Under the pieces are notes generated by a model that saw nothing but the letters and a program-made list of their open reading frames with translations, did not search any database and was not told where the DNA came from. DNA of 63,993 nucleotides, filler included, from Chiloscyllium plagiosum (taxonomy: Eukaryota), in NCBI RefSeq assembly GCF_004010195.1. It is 5 parts of one record of this genome, joined end to end, with 100 filler letters (N's around TTAATTAATTAA, not from the genome) between each part and the next. Parts side by side here need not be neighbours in the genome. Positions count along the whole stretch, not along the records: positions 1 to 31,580 come from NC_057714.1; 4 more parts are not named here. One strand, 5' to 3'. How positions within the stretch are numbered: position 1 is the stretch's first letter; the number at the start of each line of letters is the position of its first letter. Made by a program: the position numbers and the translations under genes. Shown here piece by piece: positions 13,201 through 27,140 of this stretch.

Positions 13201-13759
13201 CCACATCACCTTGCTTACCTGTTATTTTTGGGCCATTTATTGTGTCTTTCACCATGAAGACTGATGCAAAGTATCAATTTAAATTATCTGCTATTTCCCT
13301 GTTCCTCATTATTAATTTGACAATTGTATTCTCCAAGGGTCCACCACTTTCATAAGCTATTTCCATGTTTTTGTTACATGCTTGAAGAAGCTCTGTTTGT
13401 TTTTATATTTCTTGCCAATTTGCTTTCATAGTAAATGTTTGCATTCTTTACCAGCGTTTTAGTCAAACAAATTCCAAACGCTCTGGCCTACCACTATTTT
13501 TCATGCCTTAGCTTTTGATTGGATACTCTCCTTGTCCTCCTTTGTTATCCATGAGTAGCTCATCTTTCTCACTGAATCCTTCTTTTTGACCAGAATACAT
13601 TTTTGCTGAGCATTGTCAAGTATCTGCTTAACTTCTTGGAGCAGCTCCAGGACATTCTACAGTGGGAGAGTGAACAGCCAGTGACATACCAAAGACATGG
13701 GTAAGAATAGGGATATGGTCATGAAAGCAGAACATAGGATGTTAGGAACCATGAATATC

Positions 13760-15692
13760 CAGGGATAGAATTGGGCTCCTTAAAGATCAACAAGACCATC
13801 TACGTGTGGAACCACAGGAGATGGATATGATCCTAATCAAATATTTCGCATCAGTACTTACTGTGAAGGAAGTCATGGAAGCTAGAGAACTAGGGTAAAA
13901 GAAGAGTGACGCCTTGAAAAGAATCCACATTACAGAGGAGGAGGTGCTGGAAATCTTAAAATATCAAGGTAGATAAATCCCTGGGACCCGAACAAGTGTA
14001 TCTCAAGACATTGTGGGAAGCTAAGGAAGAAATTGCAGGGAGCCTAGCGGAGATATTTGTAACATTGACAGCCACAAGTGAAGTACTGGAAGACTAGAGG
14101 GTGGTTAGTTTCATTCCATTATTTAAGAAAGGTGGCAAGGAAAAGCCAGGGATGGATAAGCCTAATGTCAGTAGTGGGTAAATTGTTGGAGGCAATTCTG
14201 ACAGACAGGATCTACATGCGTTTGATTAGTGATACTCAGCATAGCATTGTGCATGGAAAATCATGTCTCACAAATTTGATTGAGCTTTTTAAAGAGGTGA
14301 CCGAGAAAATAGATGAAGGCAGAGTGGTGGACGTTATCTATGTGGACTTTAGCAAGGCCTTCAACAAGATTCCGCACATTAGACTGGCTAGTAAGGTTAG
14401 ATCACACAGGATCCAGGGACAGTGAGTCAATTGGATACAAAATTGGTAGGAGACAGAGGGTGGTGTTAGTGGGTTATTCATACTGGATGCCTGTGACCAC
14501 TGTGACCAGCGCTGTGCCGCAAGGGTCGGTGTTGGGTCCACTGTTGTTTATCATTCACATAAATGATTTGAATGAGAAAATAGGAGGCATGGTTAGAAAG
14601 TTTGCAGATGGCACAATAATTGATGGTATAGTGGACAGTGAAGAAAGTTATCCAAGAATACAACAGGTTTTTGATCAACTGGGTCAGTGGGCCGAGGAAT
14701 GGCAGATGGAGTTTAATTCAGATAAATGTAAGATATTGCATTTTGGTAAGACAAACCAGGGCAGGATTTACTTTGCTAATGGTAAGTCCCTGGGGAGGGT
14801 TGTCAAACAGAGGGACATAGAGGAGGAGGTATATAGTTCCTTGAAAGTGGTATCACAGGTAGACATGGTAGTCAAGAGTCAAGATTAGAGTAGTGCTGGA
14901 AAAGCACAGCAGGTCAGGCAGCATCCGAGGAGCAGGAACATCAATGTTTTGGGCAAAAACCCTTCATCAGGAAATTCTACATCCTGATGAAGGGCTTTTG
15001 TCTGAAACATCGATCTTCCTACTCCTCAGATGCTGCCTGACTTGCTGTGCTTTTCCAGCTCTACTCTAATCTTGATTCTAATCTCCAGCATCTGTAGTAC
15101 CCACTTTCACCTAGGGTAGTGAAGAGGGCATTTGACACACTTGCCTTCATGATTCAGACCATTGTGTACAGAAGTTGGTATGTGATGTGACAGCTGTACA
15201 AGACATTGGTAAGGCCCCATTTGGAGTACTGCATACAATTCTGATCGCCCTGCTATAAGAAGGCTGTTATTAAACTGAAAAGAGTGCAAGAAAGATTTAC
15301 AAGGATGTTACTGAGACTGGAGAGGATGGATAGGGACTTTTTCCTGGAGAATAGGAGGCTGAAAGTTTACAGAATCATGAGGGGCGTGATTAAGGTTAAT
15401 AGCCAAGATCTTTTCCCCAAAGGAGGGGTGTCCAAAACTAGAGGGCATAGATTTAAGATGAGGGAACCTGAGGAACAGCTTTTTCACACAGAAGGTGTGT
15501 ATATGGAACGAGCTGTCAGAGGAAGTTGTAGAGGAGGGTTCAATTACAACATTTAAGAGACATTTGGATAGATATATAGATAGAAGGATATGGGTCAAAC
15601 TCAGAGAATGGGACTAGTTCAGTTTCAGAAACCTGGTTGGCATGGACAAGTTGTGCCGAATAGTCTGTTTCTGTGCTGTATGACTCTATGAC
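13760..15692 (+). mobile_element. CR1-like LINE ORF2 remnant interrupted by an inverted Penelope terminal-repeat pair (~14874-15110)
   Basis: RT motifs in ORFs 14078-14425, 14313-14888 and 15284-15556, plus the 3' tail tatgactctatgact. Confidence 0.9.
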
Positions 15693-15719
15693 TCCCTAAG
15701 ATTCTGAACTTCTCAATTG

Positions 15720-17450
15720 GTATGTGAAGAGAAGAAAATTGGTAACTATATGACACAGGAGAATTTATAATGGGGGTAAAAGAGATGGCAGACCATTAAA
15801 TACACATATTTGTTCTATCTTCATAAATAACATGCCAAAAACTTGGGGAACAAGTTGTCTAATGAAAGGGAGGAAGCAAAGGAAAACAATATAAGTAGGG
15901 AAACAGCATTGTGGAAATTCATGGGATTAAAGACCAATAAGTTCCCAGGGCACTGAATTCCTGAACTCTTACAGAAGTGGCTCTAGAAATATTGGATGAA
16001 TTGATGGTCATCTTTCAAGATTCTATATACTCTGAAATAGTTCCTATGGATTGGAGAGTAGCTAGTGGAACCCCACTATTTAAAAAAGGAGGTAGCTGGA
16101 TAACAGGAAATTATAGACCAGTTAGTCTGACATCAGTAGTGGGGAAAATGCTAGAGTCTGTTATAAAAGATTTAATAGCTGAGCACAGGGTAAACAATGA
16201 CAGGATTGGTCAGAGTCAGCATGGACTTACGAAAGGGAAATCATGACTTACAAATCTCCTGAAACTTAAGGAAATTGCATCCAGCAGATAAAGGGGAGTC
16301 AGTGGATATAGTCTACATGGACTTTCAGAAGGCTTTTGATAAAGTCCCACGTAAGAGATTAGCATCTAAAATTAAAGCACATGGGATTGTTGTTAGTTTT
16401 CTTACATGGATAGATATACTGGAAACAGAGTAAGGAATAATGGGTAATTTTTTCAAGTGACAGCCAGTGAATAGTGAGGTACCATAGAGATCAGTGCTTG
16501 GACCCCAGCTATTCACGATATATATTAATGATTTTGATCTGGAAACTAAATGTAATATCTCCAAGTTACCAGACATCACAAAGCTGGATGGGAGGTTGAA
16601 CTGCCAGGAGGACGCAGAGGTCCTTCATTGTGATTTGGATATGTGGGCAAATGTATGGCAGATGAAGTATAACACGGGTAAATGTGACACTATGCTCTTT
16701 GGTTGGAAAATCAGGAATCATTATCTGAAAGGCAATAGATTGGGAAAGGGGAGGTACAACAAAACCTGGGTTTCCTTGTACATCAGTTGTTGGAAGTAAG
16801 CATGGAGGTGCAACAGGAGTGAAGAGGGCAAATAGTACGTTGGCCTTCACTGCGATAGAAATTTAATACAGAAGCAGGGATATTTTGCTGCAATTATTCA
16901 TGGTCCTGGTGTGACAATACCTGGAATATTGGGTGCTATTTTTGGTCTCCTTATCTGAGGAAAGATGTTCTGGCTATGGAGAAGTGCAACAAACATTTAC
17001 CAGATTGACTCCTGGGATGGCAGGCCCGATGTATGAGGAGAAACTGGAACAGTTAGGACTATGTCCATGGAGATTACAAGAATGAGGGGGATATCTCATA
17101 GAAATCTATAAAATTCTAACAGGTCTAGACAGTTTAGATACAGGAAAGATGTTCCCAAAAGTGAGGTAGTCCAGAACCAGGGGTCATAGTTTAAGGATAA
17201 GAACAAGTAAACCTTTATGACCGAGATGAGGAGGAATTCCTTCACTCCAAGTGTGGTGAGCCTGTGGATTCATTATCATTGAAAGTGGATGAAGCCAAAA
17301 CCTCAAAGGTAGTTATATCTCTTTGGCTAAAAGGACCAAGAGATGTGGCAGTAGGCAGGATTGGGATATTGAGCTTGATGATCAGCCATGATCATATTGA
17401 ATGGTGGAGCAGGCTTGAGGGGCCTACTCCTATCTTCTGTGTTTCTATAT
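15720..17450 (+). mobile_element. CR1-like LINE (second subfamily), degenerate ORF2
   Basis: 'GNYRPVSLTSVVGKMLES', 'LGPQLFTIYIND', and 3' tail gccatgatcatattgaatggtggagcaggcttga. Confidence 0.88.
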
Positions 17451-20400
17451 TGAAGTTAAGAATGAAAGGTGATTTTATTGATCTTCCTAGCAATCCATAT
17501 AGAAAGAGAATTTGTCTAATGGGAACTTGGATCAATCACATTATCTGTTATTTGCATGAGTAGACTGTAATCTTTTGATACTGCCCTGGAGGATTTTCTT
17601 GAAAAGTATTTTTAGAGCAATTGTTTGTGAAAAAGACGGATTGAAAGATTCACCAAGATGAATCCTTTGCCAACAACTCTTTCATTTCTACAGTGACTCC
17701 ACTAAATAGCAAACAATTGCTTTTCTGTTCGTCATTTTACATGGCAGTCATCTGTCGCACACACAGGCATTGTATTGTACAATGCTGCACTGACTAGCAA
17801 TGCTGCTAGATATGCTGATTTGGGGCCAGTACTGTAATTTGAACATCCCTCCCAGTCCTGCAGGCATACTGAAGACCTGCACCACCCTGAAGTGTGCAAG
17901 TACACCTGCCAAATTAATTATATTACAATGATGTGCAACATCCAACAAAATCACTCAGCATAGATACATCAAAATTTAGATATTGAGTTAATCTCTTTTA
18001 CACTGTTCCATTAAAAACCACTTGAGCAGATAATGCATGGGTTTGATAAAAGCTCCTCTTGTGCTGCTCTATCAAACACTCCCAGGATAAGTACAGCAAA
18101 AGTTGGTATGGTAGCATTGTGTTTATGTTACTGAATTAGTAATCTAAAGGCCTGGACTAACATCAAGAAGACATGAATCCAAATATCGGAAGAAACATGT
18201 AACTACTGTAAAAGCAACTCTAAAAGACTTTTCCAGGTATATGAATTGAGAAAAAGTGGTAAACGTTTTTCACAAAGAAAATGGATGCGACAGCCAACTC
18301 CTGAATCCCTGACATGTCAAGAAGCACACAGGGTAAGATAAGGTAGGAAAGGTAGTACAGAAAGCTGACAGAGGTATAAAAAGGAGGGGTGAAATCAAAA
18401 GAAAATTTGGAAAGCAAAATCAGCATCAAAGAATATTGGCAAGCAAAATTAAGTTGAACCTAAATATGTTGTATCAATACATTAAGCGTAAAGGAATAAG
18501 TATAACAAGAGCAGGATAAAAACAATGACTGCAGATGCTGGAAACCAGATTCTGGATCAGTGGTGCTGGAAGAGCACAGCAATTCATGCAGCATCCGAGG
18601 ACAGGCAAAATCAGAAGGGCTTTTGCCCGAAACGTCGATTTTGCCTGTCCTCGGATGCTGCCTGAATTGCTGTGCTCTTCCAGCACCACTGATCCATAAC
18701 AAGAGCAGGGCCAATAAAGACTAAAATGATAATTTGTTGGTATGGTTCTTAAGAAATCTTGCATCTGTCTTCATAAAAATGAGGACAATGCAGATATTGA
18801 AAGTAAGGAGGAGTGTAAAGAATTGGATATAATACAAGTGGGAAAAGAAGAAGTATTCATGGGAGTGGCATCCTTGAAATTCAACAAATCACAAAGGCCG
18901 AATCCCAGGTTACTAAAACAAGAAAGAAAATAGCAGAAGGTGTAACTATCATTTTCCAACCTTCACTGAATGGGGACCTGGTGTTGACAGATTGTGGTCT
19001 GCTGATGTTATTTTTTTGTTTGGGAAGAGAACAAGGGATAGATCAAATAATTACAGGCTAGTCAGGCCAAATTCAGTAATGCGCTGATTATTGGAAACAA
19101 TTCTGAGAGACAGGATAAAGTCACTTAGAAAGGCATGGATTAATAAAGAATAGTCAGCATGGATTGGATAAAGGAATAACTTAATTGAATTTTTTGAGGA
19201 AATCATAAGGAGGATTGATGTTGGCAGTGCAATTGTGTGTTCTACATGGATTTTAGTAAGGCTTTTGACAAGATCCCACTGGCAGACTGGTAGCTGGGAT
19301 CCAGAAGGATGAAGCAAGCTGCTGACAAACTGACTGAGGCAGGAAACAAAGGGTTATTGTTGATTGCTAATTTTGTGACTGGAAGGCTGTTACCTGTGGG
19401 CTTCCACAGAGCTCAGTACTAGATATTTTCTGCTTTATGCAGTATATATTAATGAGTTTGACGTAAAGGTAAAGAGCATGACCAAAAAGTTTACAGATGT
19501 CACAAAAAGTACTGCAGGAAGGTAAGAGTGGATGGATCAGGTGGACAGAAAAGTGGCAAGTGAAATTCAGTTTGGAGTAATGTGAGGTGATGCATTTTGA
19601 GAAGTAAAATAAGGCATAGAGACATGATTTGTAAGGTGACAGGCTAAATGCTGGAAAATAGAGTTAGGCTGCATAGCTTGTTTTTCAGATGACACAGACA
19701 CAATGGGCCAAGTGACCTGTCTCTGCTGAAAATGTTTTATGATTCTAAGGAAGAGTGAATCAACACCTCGATTTCCTGTGCAAGTACCCTTTCTCATAAT
19801 TGTACTAATTCAAGCTTTCATTAACAATCACATTCCACAACCTTTTCCTTTATGTCTTTTCCAACCTCCTCATCTTCACATTTGCAGTAACCTTTGCAGT
19901 AGGTGCATCCTTGGGGACAAAGGCAGAGTATGTCCCTGGCCCACCACTCCAAACTAGATAATGACTTCAGCTGCACTTTAACACACAGAGTCAGGCAAGT
20001 GCGGTAGCTTTTCAGGTAGCACGTTAGTGCAGAAACAAGTTGACAGCTTGTGGTTGAGAGGATGATTTTTAGAAAGTGTGTGTTTATAGAAAGTGTGAAG
20101 CATCAGTATGAAAGGGGATAGATGTCATTGTACAGCACTGTTACACCAGACTGTCACAGCATGCTGTATGTGCTGAGGGGTTATGCAATGTGCGGTTTAT
20201 GTAGCAAACACACTGCACGTGTATGAAGAGTATGATGAAATGAAAGAAAAGGGGGAGGGCATGCTTACTGGGATAAAGATGGACTCTAATCAGCCTGGAG
20301 GTGCTGATACAAGCAGTCCAGCGACTGATCCATTTCTACTCTAGGTGAATGGTGAGAGGGGAGTGGTTGCGTGGGGGAGGGGGGGCAGGGGGCAGGATGT

Positions 20401-22749
20401 TGGTCAGTCAGGTGTTGGTCAAATGCATGTAATGTCAGGGATTGGGCTTTGGTCCTGCAGGTAAAACAAAAATAACCTGGTGTTGTGTGATTTTTAACTT
20501 TGTACACCCCAGTCCAAAACCAGCATCTCCAAATCAAAAATAGTTTGGGTTTGCTGGTTGATTGGTCTTGCAAATTCAATCCATAGGTGGGTCACAGAAA
20601 GTTGAAGTTGCCCTGCAAAGTCTGTCTGCTGAATTAGTAATGGCCAGTTGGGTGGATGCAAGGGAAATCATACATGGTTCAGGGCCTTTTAGAGTCTGTC
20701 TGCAGTATTGTCAAGGCTGCATGCAGCTCAAGTCAGTAGATTGGCCTGATTGTATTTGCTAGCTGAGGGATCAGTTCTTATAATGTTGGTTGCCTGCTGA
20801 CCAACATACAATGAATAGCATCCTAAGCATGCTGCAGTGCTCTAGTGAATCACAGCACAAACTGGAAGAATAACATCTTATGTTCAGACTAGGCACTTTA
20901 CAGTCTTTTGGACTTAAATATTGAGTTCAACACCTTCAAATTATAAACCAATTCCCATTTCTTTCCTTTCTTTTAACTTTACTTATCACAATCTCTGTCA
21001 CCATGTCCTCTCTCCCCTCCCCTCACCCCAATGGGACTGTCTGCTCTCAAATCTGGCAGTTAGATACACCATTGTTTTGCCATTCTCACATTCAGATCAC
21101 TTAATCTAAACTATCAACATCTTTTCTCCACCAGCACCCTGCACCCAACCCCCCCCACCCTACTACAATATAAATGCTGCCCCCTCCACACTCCACTTCA
21201 GCTTTGAAGAAGAGTCATCTAGACTCAAAATGTCAGCTTGCTCTCTCTCCATAGATGCTGTCTGACCTGTTGTGATCTCCAGCATTTGTTATTTTCAGTA
21301 CAGATTCCAGCATCTGCAGTAATTTATTCCTATACTATGAATAGTCATTCGGCAGGATAGAACATAAGAACTAGGAGCAGGAGTAGGCCATCTGGCCCTC
21401 TGAGCCTGCTCCACCATTCAATAAGATCATGGCTGAGTGGAGTATTGCTGAAAATGTGACACATTCTGTCTTTCATTCATCAATACATTTCTCAAGAATA
21501 TAAATTCAAAAGGAAAACAGCTTTTATCCTGCATGAAAGGAGAAAGCTGAGTGGCTATGAATCATGAATGAATACACTGCCACTGATTCATCTTTAGGTA
21601 TTAGTTAAGCTACAAATATCAATTGGAGAAGGATGTCACATGATGTCTTAGCCAGAAGATAGGCAGAATTGATAAGCAGTAACTATTGGATAGTTACATT
21701 ATATTTAAAATACATTTTATTTCCTATGAGACATCAGACTCAGTTTAAGAGTATAGTAATTGGTCCAGCATTAGCGCAAACTCTGAGAACACATGGAGAA
21801 CCCTGCATCTCTCTCCAACTCTGGTTAGATCCTCCAAACACAGTCCTTTATATCCCAATGGGTAGAGAATTTCTTACCATGTCAGTTAATTCTTTCAGTT
21901 CCAAAGTATCTTGTACAACAATAGTAAAAAATCATAGGGGCAATTGAATATAGTGTGGGGGGTTTGTTAGGAAGGACTTTGGACAGTGTATTGAAAGGGA
22001 TGTGATTTAAATGTTATTCATAACATTTTTAGAGTTTGGATTTTAAAATAGCGGCAGATGGTATTGGTTATTTTCATAAAGGTCTTTAAAAAAAAACGTG
22101 ATATTTTGGAGCAGTGACCAAAAGCATTATGTGTAAGAAAGAAGAGAACCTCCTTTTTTAAATTCAGTCATGGGAAGTGGGTATTGCTGGCTGGGCCAGC
22201 ATTTATTGCTGATCCCAAGTTGGCCTTGAGAAGGCAGCTACCTTCGCAAGATATAGTCCATAACTGTAGGTAGACCCATAATACTATTAGGGAGGGAATT
22301 CCAGGATTTTGACCCAGCAGTACTGAAGGAATTTTTGATATATTTCCAAGTCAGGGTGATGAATGGTTTGGAGGAGAACTTTCAGCTTGCTGTCTCTCCA
22401 TAGATGCTGTCTGACCTGTTGTGATCTCCATATATCTGCTGCCCTTGTCCTTGTCCTTCTACATTAGCCGTGGATTCAGAAGGTGTTGTCTCAGGATCTT
22501 TGCGTACATCTTGTGATAATACATACTGCTGCTACTGAATGTCAGTGGTCAAGTGAATGGATGTTTGTGGATGTGGTGCCAATGAACTGTGCTGCTTTGT
22601 CCTGGATGTGTCAACCTTTTTGAATGTTGTTGGAGCCACTAACCCAGGTAAGTGGAGAGTATTCCATCACGCTTCTGACTTGTACCTTGTAGGTAGTGGA
22701 AATGTTTTGGGGAGTTAGGTGGTGATTTCCCGCAGGTAACTCACAAACC

Positions 22750-24022
22750 TATTGACTTCGTTGAGAAGGAGAACAAACAAGTGGATGAGGGTAAAGCAGT
22801 TAATGTGATGTTTATGGATTTCAGTAAGTTGTTTGATAAGGTTCCCCATGGTAGGCTATTGCACAAAATACGGAGCCGTGGGATTGAGGGTGAATTATCA
22901 GTTTGAATCAGAAATTGGCTAGCTGAGAAAAGACACAAGGTGGCGGTTGATGGGAAATGTTCATCCAGGAGTTCAGTTACTAGTGGTGTACCACAAGGAT
23001 CTGTTCTGGGGCCACTGCTGTTTGTCATGTTTATAAATGACCTGGATGAGAGTGTTGAAGGTTGGGTTAGTAAATTTGCAGATGACACTAAGGTCAGTGG
23101 AGTTGTGGATAGTGCTGAAGGATGTTGCAGATTACAGAGGGACATTGCAGAGCTGGGCTGAGAGATGGCAAATGGAGTTTAATGTGGAAAAGTGTGAGAT
23201 GATTCACTTTGGTAGGAGGAACAGGTAAAGAGTACTGGGCTACTGGTAAAATTCTTGGTAGTATAGTTGAGCAGAGAGATCTCTGTGTCCATGTACATAG
23301 ATCCCTGAAAGTTGCTGTTGATAGAGTTATTAAGAAGGTAAACAGTGTGTTAGCTTTTAATGGTAGAGACATTGAGTTTTGGAGCCATGAGTTATGCTGC
23401 AACTGTACAGAAGTCTGGTGTGGCAGCATTTGGAGTATTGCGTACAGTTCTGGTCACCACATTATAGGAAATATGCGGAAGCTTTGGAAAGGGTTCAGAA
23501 GAGATTTACTGGGATGTTGCCTAATATGGAGGGAAGGTGTTATGAGGAGAGGCTGAGGGACCTGAGGCTGTTTTCATTACAGAGAAGGTTGAGAGGTGAC
23601 TTAATTGAGACATATAATCAGAAGGTTACATAGGGTGGACAGTGAGAGCCCTTTTCCTAGGATGGTGATGGCAAGCATGTGGGGACATAGCTTTAAATTG
23701 AGGGGCGATAGATATAAGACAGATGTCAGAGGTAGTTTCTTTACTCAGAATAGTAGGGGCATGGAACGCCCAGCCTGCAACAGTAGTAGACTCATCAACT
23801 TTAAGGGCATTTAAATGGTTATTGGATAAACATATGGATGACAATGGAATAATGTAGGTTAGATGGCTTTTGCCCGAAACGTCGATTTTCCTGCTCCTCG
23901 GATGCTGCTTGAACTGCTGTGCTTTTCCAGCACCATTCTAATCTAGACTTCAGATTGGTTTCACAGGTTAGCGCAACATTGAAGGCCGAAGGGCCTGTAC
24001 TGCGCTGAAATGTTCTATGTTC
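22750..24022 (+). mobile_element. CR1-like LINE ORF2 remnant and tail, with small Penelope terminal fragment (~23863-23950)
   Basis: '[22 protein letters not shown]...KFADDTK' and 'HLEYCVQFWSP'. Confidence 0.9.
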
Positions 24023-24644
24023 TTGGTTTACCATACTGGTCTGAAAATCAACTGCAAACTTTTGCCATGAGCAACATAGCACTCAAGGTAGGTAGAATAA
24101 GTTCTTTTGGAAAGCCACGTTTGTTATCAATGTCATCGCTAAGTGACTCAATGACTGCACATGTGCAGAAACACAGTCGCAGTGCTACATAGTTGCACAA
24201 CAACAGAACAGCAGCTGCCTGTCGCAAAGTTGGCATTGTCCATATGTTTGCAAGGAAGGGTAACAAAGATCAGTCAATTATTCATGTTCTTCCAGAAGCC
24301 ACCAATAATTCAACATTTACAAAAGGTGATTGTGTTTTTGTACTATTAATTGAAAGAAGGAATCCATTCAAAATATCACTCCAGTTATACAAAATATTAC
24401 TTGATATTCCTGTAATTGTTTAGTTTGTTGTCAGCTTCCCATTTCCAGTTGCATTTTTGACAGCTTGGCTGCAATTCACAAATTAATTCCTGTTTGAGAC
24501 ACAGAATCCTGGTGTGTAGGTTTGGTGCATTAGTCAGGAGTAAATGTTGAGTAATAGGGTAGCAGTGGGTTACTCTTTGGAGGGTCGGTGTGGATTTATT
24601 GGGCTAATTGACATGTTTCCACACTGGAGGGATTCCATAGTGTC

Positions 24645-25380
24645 ATAGAGTCATAGAGATGTGCAGCATGGAAACAGATCCTTCGGTCCAACCCGTCCAT
24701 GCCGACCAGATATCCCAACCCAATCTAGTCCCACCTGCCAGCACCCGGCCCATATCCCTCCAAACCCTTCCTATTCATATATCCATCCAAATGCCTCTTA
24801 AATGTTGCAATTGTACCAGCCTTCACCACTTCCTCTGGCAGCTCATTCCATACACGTATCACCCTCTGAGTGAAAAAGTTGCCCCTTGGGTCTCTTTTAT
24901 ATCTTTCCCCTCTCACCCTAAACCTATGCCCTCTAGTTCTGGAGTCCCCCACCCCAGGGAAAAAACTTTGTCTATTTATCCTATCCATGCCCTTCATGAT
25001 TTTATAAACCTCTATAACATCACCCCTCAGTCTCCCTCGCTCCAGGGAAAACAGCCCTAACCAATTCAACCTCTCCCGAAAGTTCAAATCCTCCAATCCA
25101 GGCAACATCCTTGTAAATCATTTCTGAACCCTTTCAGGTTTCACAACATCTTTCCGATAGGAAGGAGACCAGAATTGTACGCAATATTCCAACATTGGCC
25201 AAACCAGTGTCCTGTACATGACCTCCCAACTCCTGCACTCAATACCCTGACCAATAAAGGAAAGCATGCCAAACACCTTCTTCACTATCCACTTTCAAGG
25301 AGCTATGAGCCTGCATTCTAGGTCTCTTTGTTCAGCAACACTCCCTAGGACCTACCATTAAGTGTATCAGTCCTGCTAAG
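24645..25380 (-). mobile_element. CR1/HER1-like LINE 3' fragment
   Basis: ORF 24725-25108 encodes the ORF2 C-terminus 'RTRGHRFRVRGERYKRD.RGNFFTQRV..WNELP', plus the tail. Confidence 0.9.
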
Positions 25381-26094
25381 CTGATTCTATAAAACAAGTA
25401 AAAATAGCAGGTCAACATTAGGTTTTCTTTCTTAATATTTGGTATGTCACCAATTTAAAAGCTCCAGTTTTCAATGTTTGTAGAAGGTCAAATTAGTTAT
25501 GGATTGCTGCAAAACAGAAACAGAATTGTCCTGGTGCAATTTAAACTTCATGCTGACATTCTCATTCACATATTTGGACTGGGCATGTTCAAGGGCTGAT
25601 GCATATACATGCAGGCAACAGAGCATCTGATACAGGTGACTGATATCATTGGGCTATCTGTTCACATGTAGATTTGAGCAGCTATCTTGGTATTGATTGA
25701 GATATTTGGAGATTGGATACACTAGGGTTGTTTGTTTATTTTAGAGCAGAGGAGAATGGGATGGGACATGATTGAGATGCACAAAATTATTTAAACAGGG
25801 TTAGGGTTAAGCATAATCTTGTTGCAAAATAGATAGGAAGAAACTTCTCTCCTTTCTGCAGGGATCAATAGCAGAGGTGCATAGATTTAAGGTAAAGTGC
25901 AGGAGGTTTAGAGGAGGTGTGAGGAAAACCATTTTCACCACAGAGGCTGGTGGGAATCTGAAACTCTCTGCCTGTGAGGGTGGGAGAGACAGAACCCCTC
26001 ATAACACTTAAGAAGTATTCAGATGCACACTTGCAATACAAGACATATAAGACTATGTGCAAAGTGTTTGAAAATGGAATGAGAACAGTTATAG

Positions 26095-27140
26095 AATCAT
26101 AGAATCATAGAGAAGCAGACCCTTTGGTCCAACCTGTCCATGCTAACCAGATACCCTAACCTAATCTAGTCCCATTTGCCAGCACTTGGCCCATATCCCT
26201 CTAAATCATTTCTATTCATATACCCATCAAGATGCCTTTTAAATGCTGTAATTATACCAGGCTCCATCACTTCCTCTGGCAGCTCATTCCATATGTGCAC
26301 CACCCCCTGTGTGAAAAAGTTGTCTCTTAAGTCCCTTTTATGTCTTACCCCTCTCAACTTAAACCATGCACTCTAGTTCTGGATTCCCACACCCCAAGGA
26401 AAAGACTTTGTCTATTTATCCTATCCATGCTCCTCATGATATTATAAACCACTATAAGGTCACCCCTCAGCCTCCAACGCTCTAAGGAAAACAGCCCCAT
26501 CCTATTCAGCCTCTCCCTATGATTCAAATTGTCCAACTAGGCTACTTCCTTATAAATCTTTTCTGAACCCTTTCAGGTTTCACAATATCCTTCCGATAGG
26601 AAGGAGACCAGAATTGCATGCAATATTCCAAAAGTGTTCTCACCAATGTAACCCAGGAGGAGGGGAGCTACAGCACTGGGAGTTATCTGAAACATTCCGC
26701 AATTTGCGCAACGTTTCAGAGAATATCTCCGGGACACATGCACCAATCAACCCCACCACCCTGTGGCCAAACACGTCAACTCCCCCTCCCACTCCGCTAA
26801 GGACATGCAAGTCCTGGGCCTCCTCCATCGCCTAATTCTAGCCTGGAGGAACAGCACCTTCTGCCTTGGGACCCTCCAACCACACGGGGTCAATGTCGAT
26901 TTCACCAGTTTCCTGATCGCCCCTCCCCCCAACTTATCCCAGATCCAACCCTCCAGCTCAGCACCACCCTCTTGACCGTACTACCTGTCCAACTTCTGTC
27001 CAACTTGCCTGCTCCACCATCCATTCTGACTCCCAGGTCCTCCCCCACCTTCCTGATGAAGAGCTAATGCTCAAAACGTCGACTCTCCTGCTCCTCAGGT
27101 GCTGCCTGGCCGGCTGTGCTTTTCCAGCATCACACTTTTT
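26095..27140. mobile_element. CR1 3' fragment (-, 26095-26650) joined to a Penelope GIY-YIG/pLTR fragment (+, ~26700-27140)
   Basis: CR1 ORF2 C-terminal motifs. Penelope 'FCLGTLQPHGVNVDF' and terminal motif ctgatgaagagc..gctcaaaacgtcg. Confidence 0.8.
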
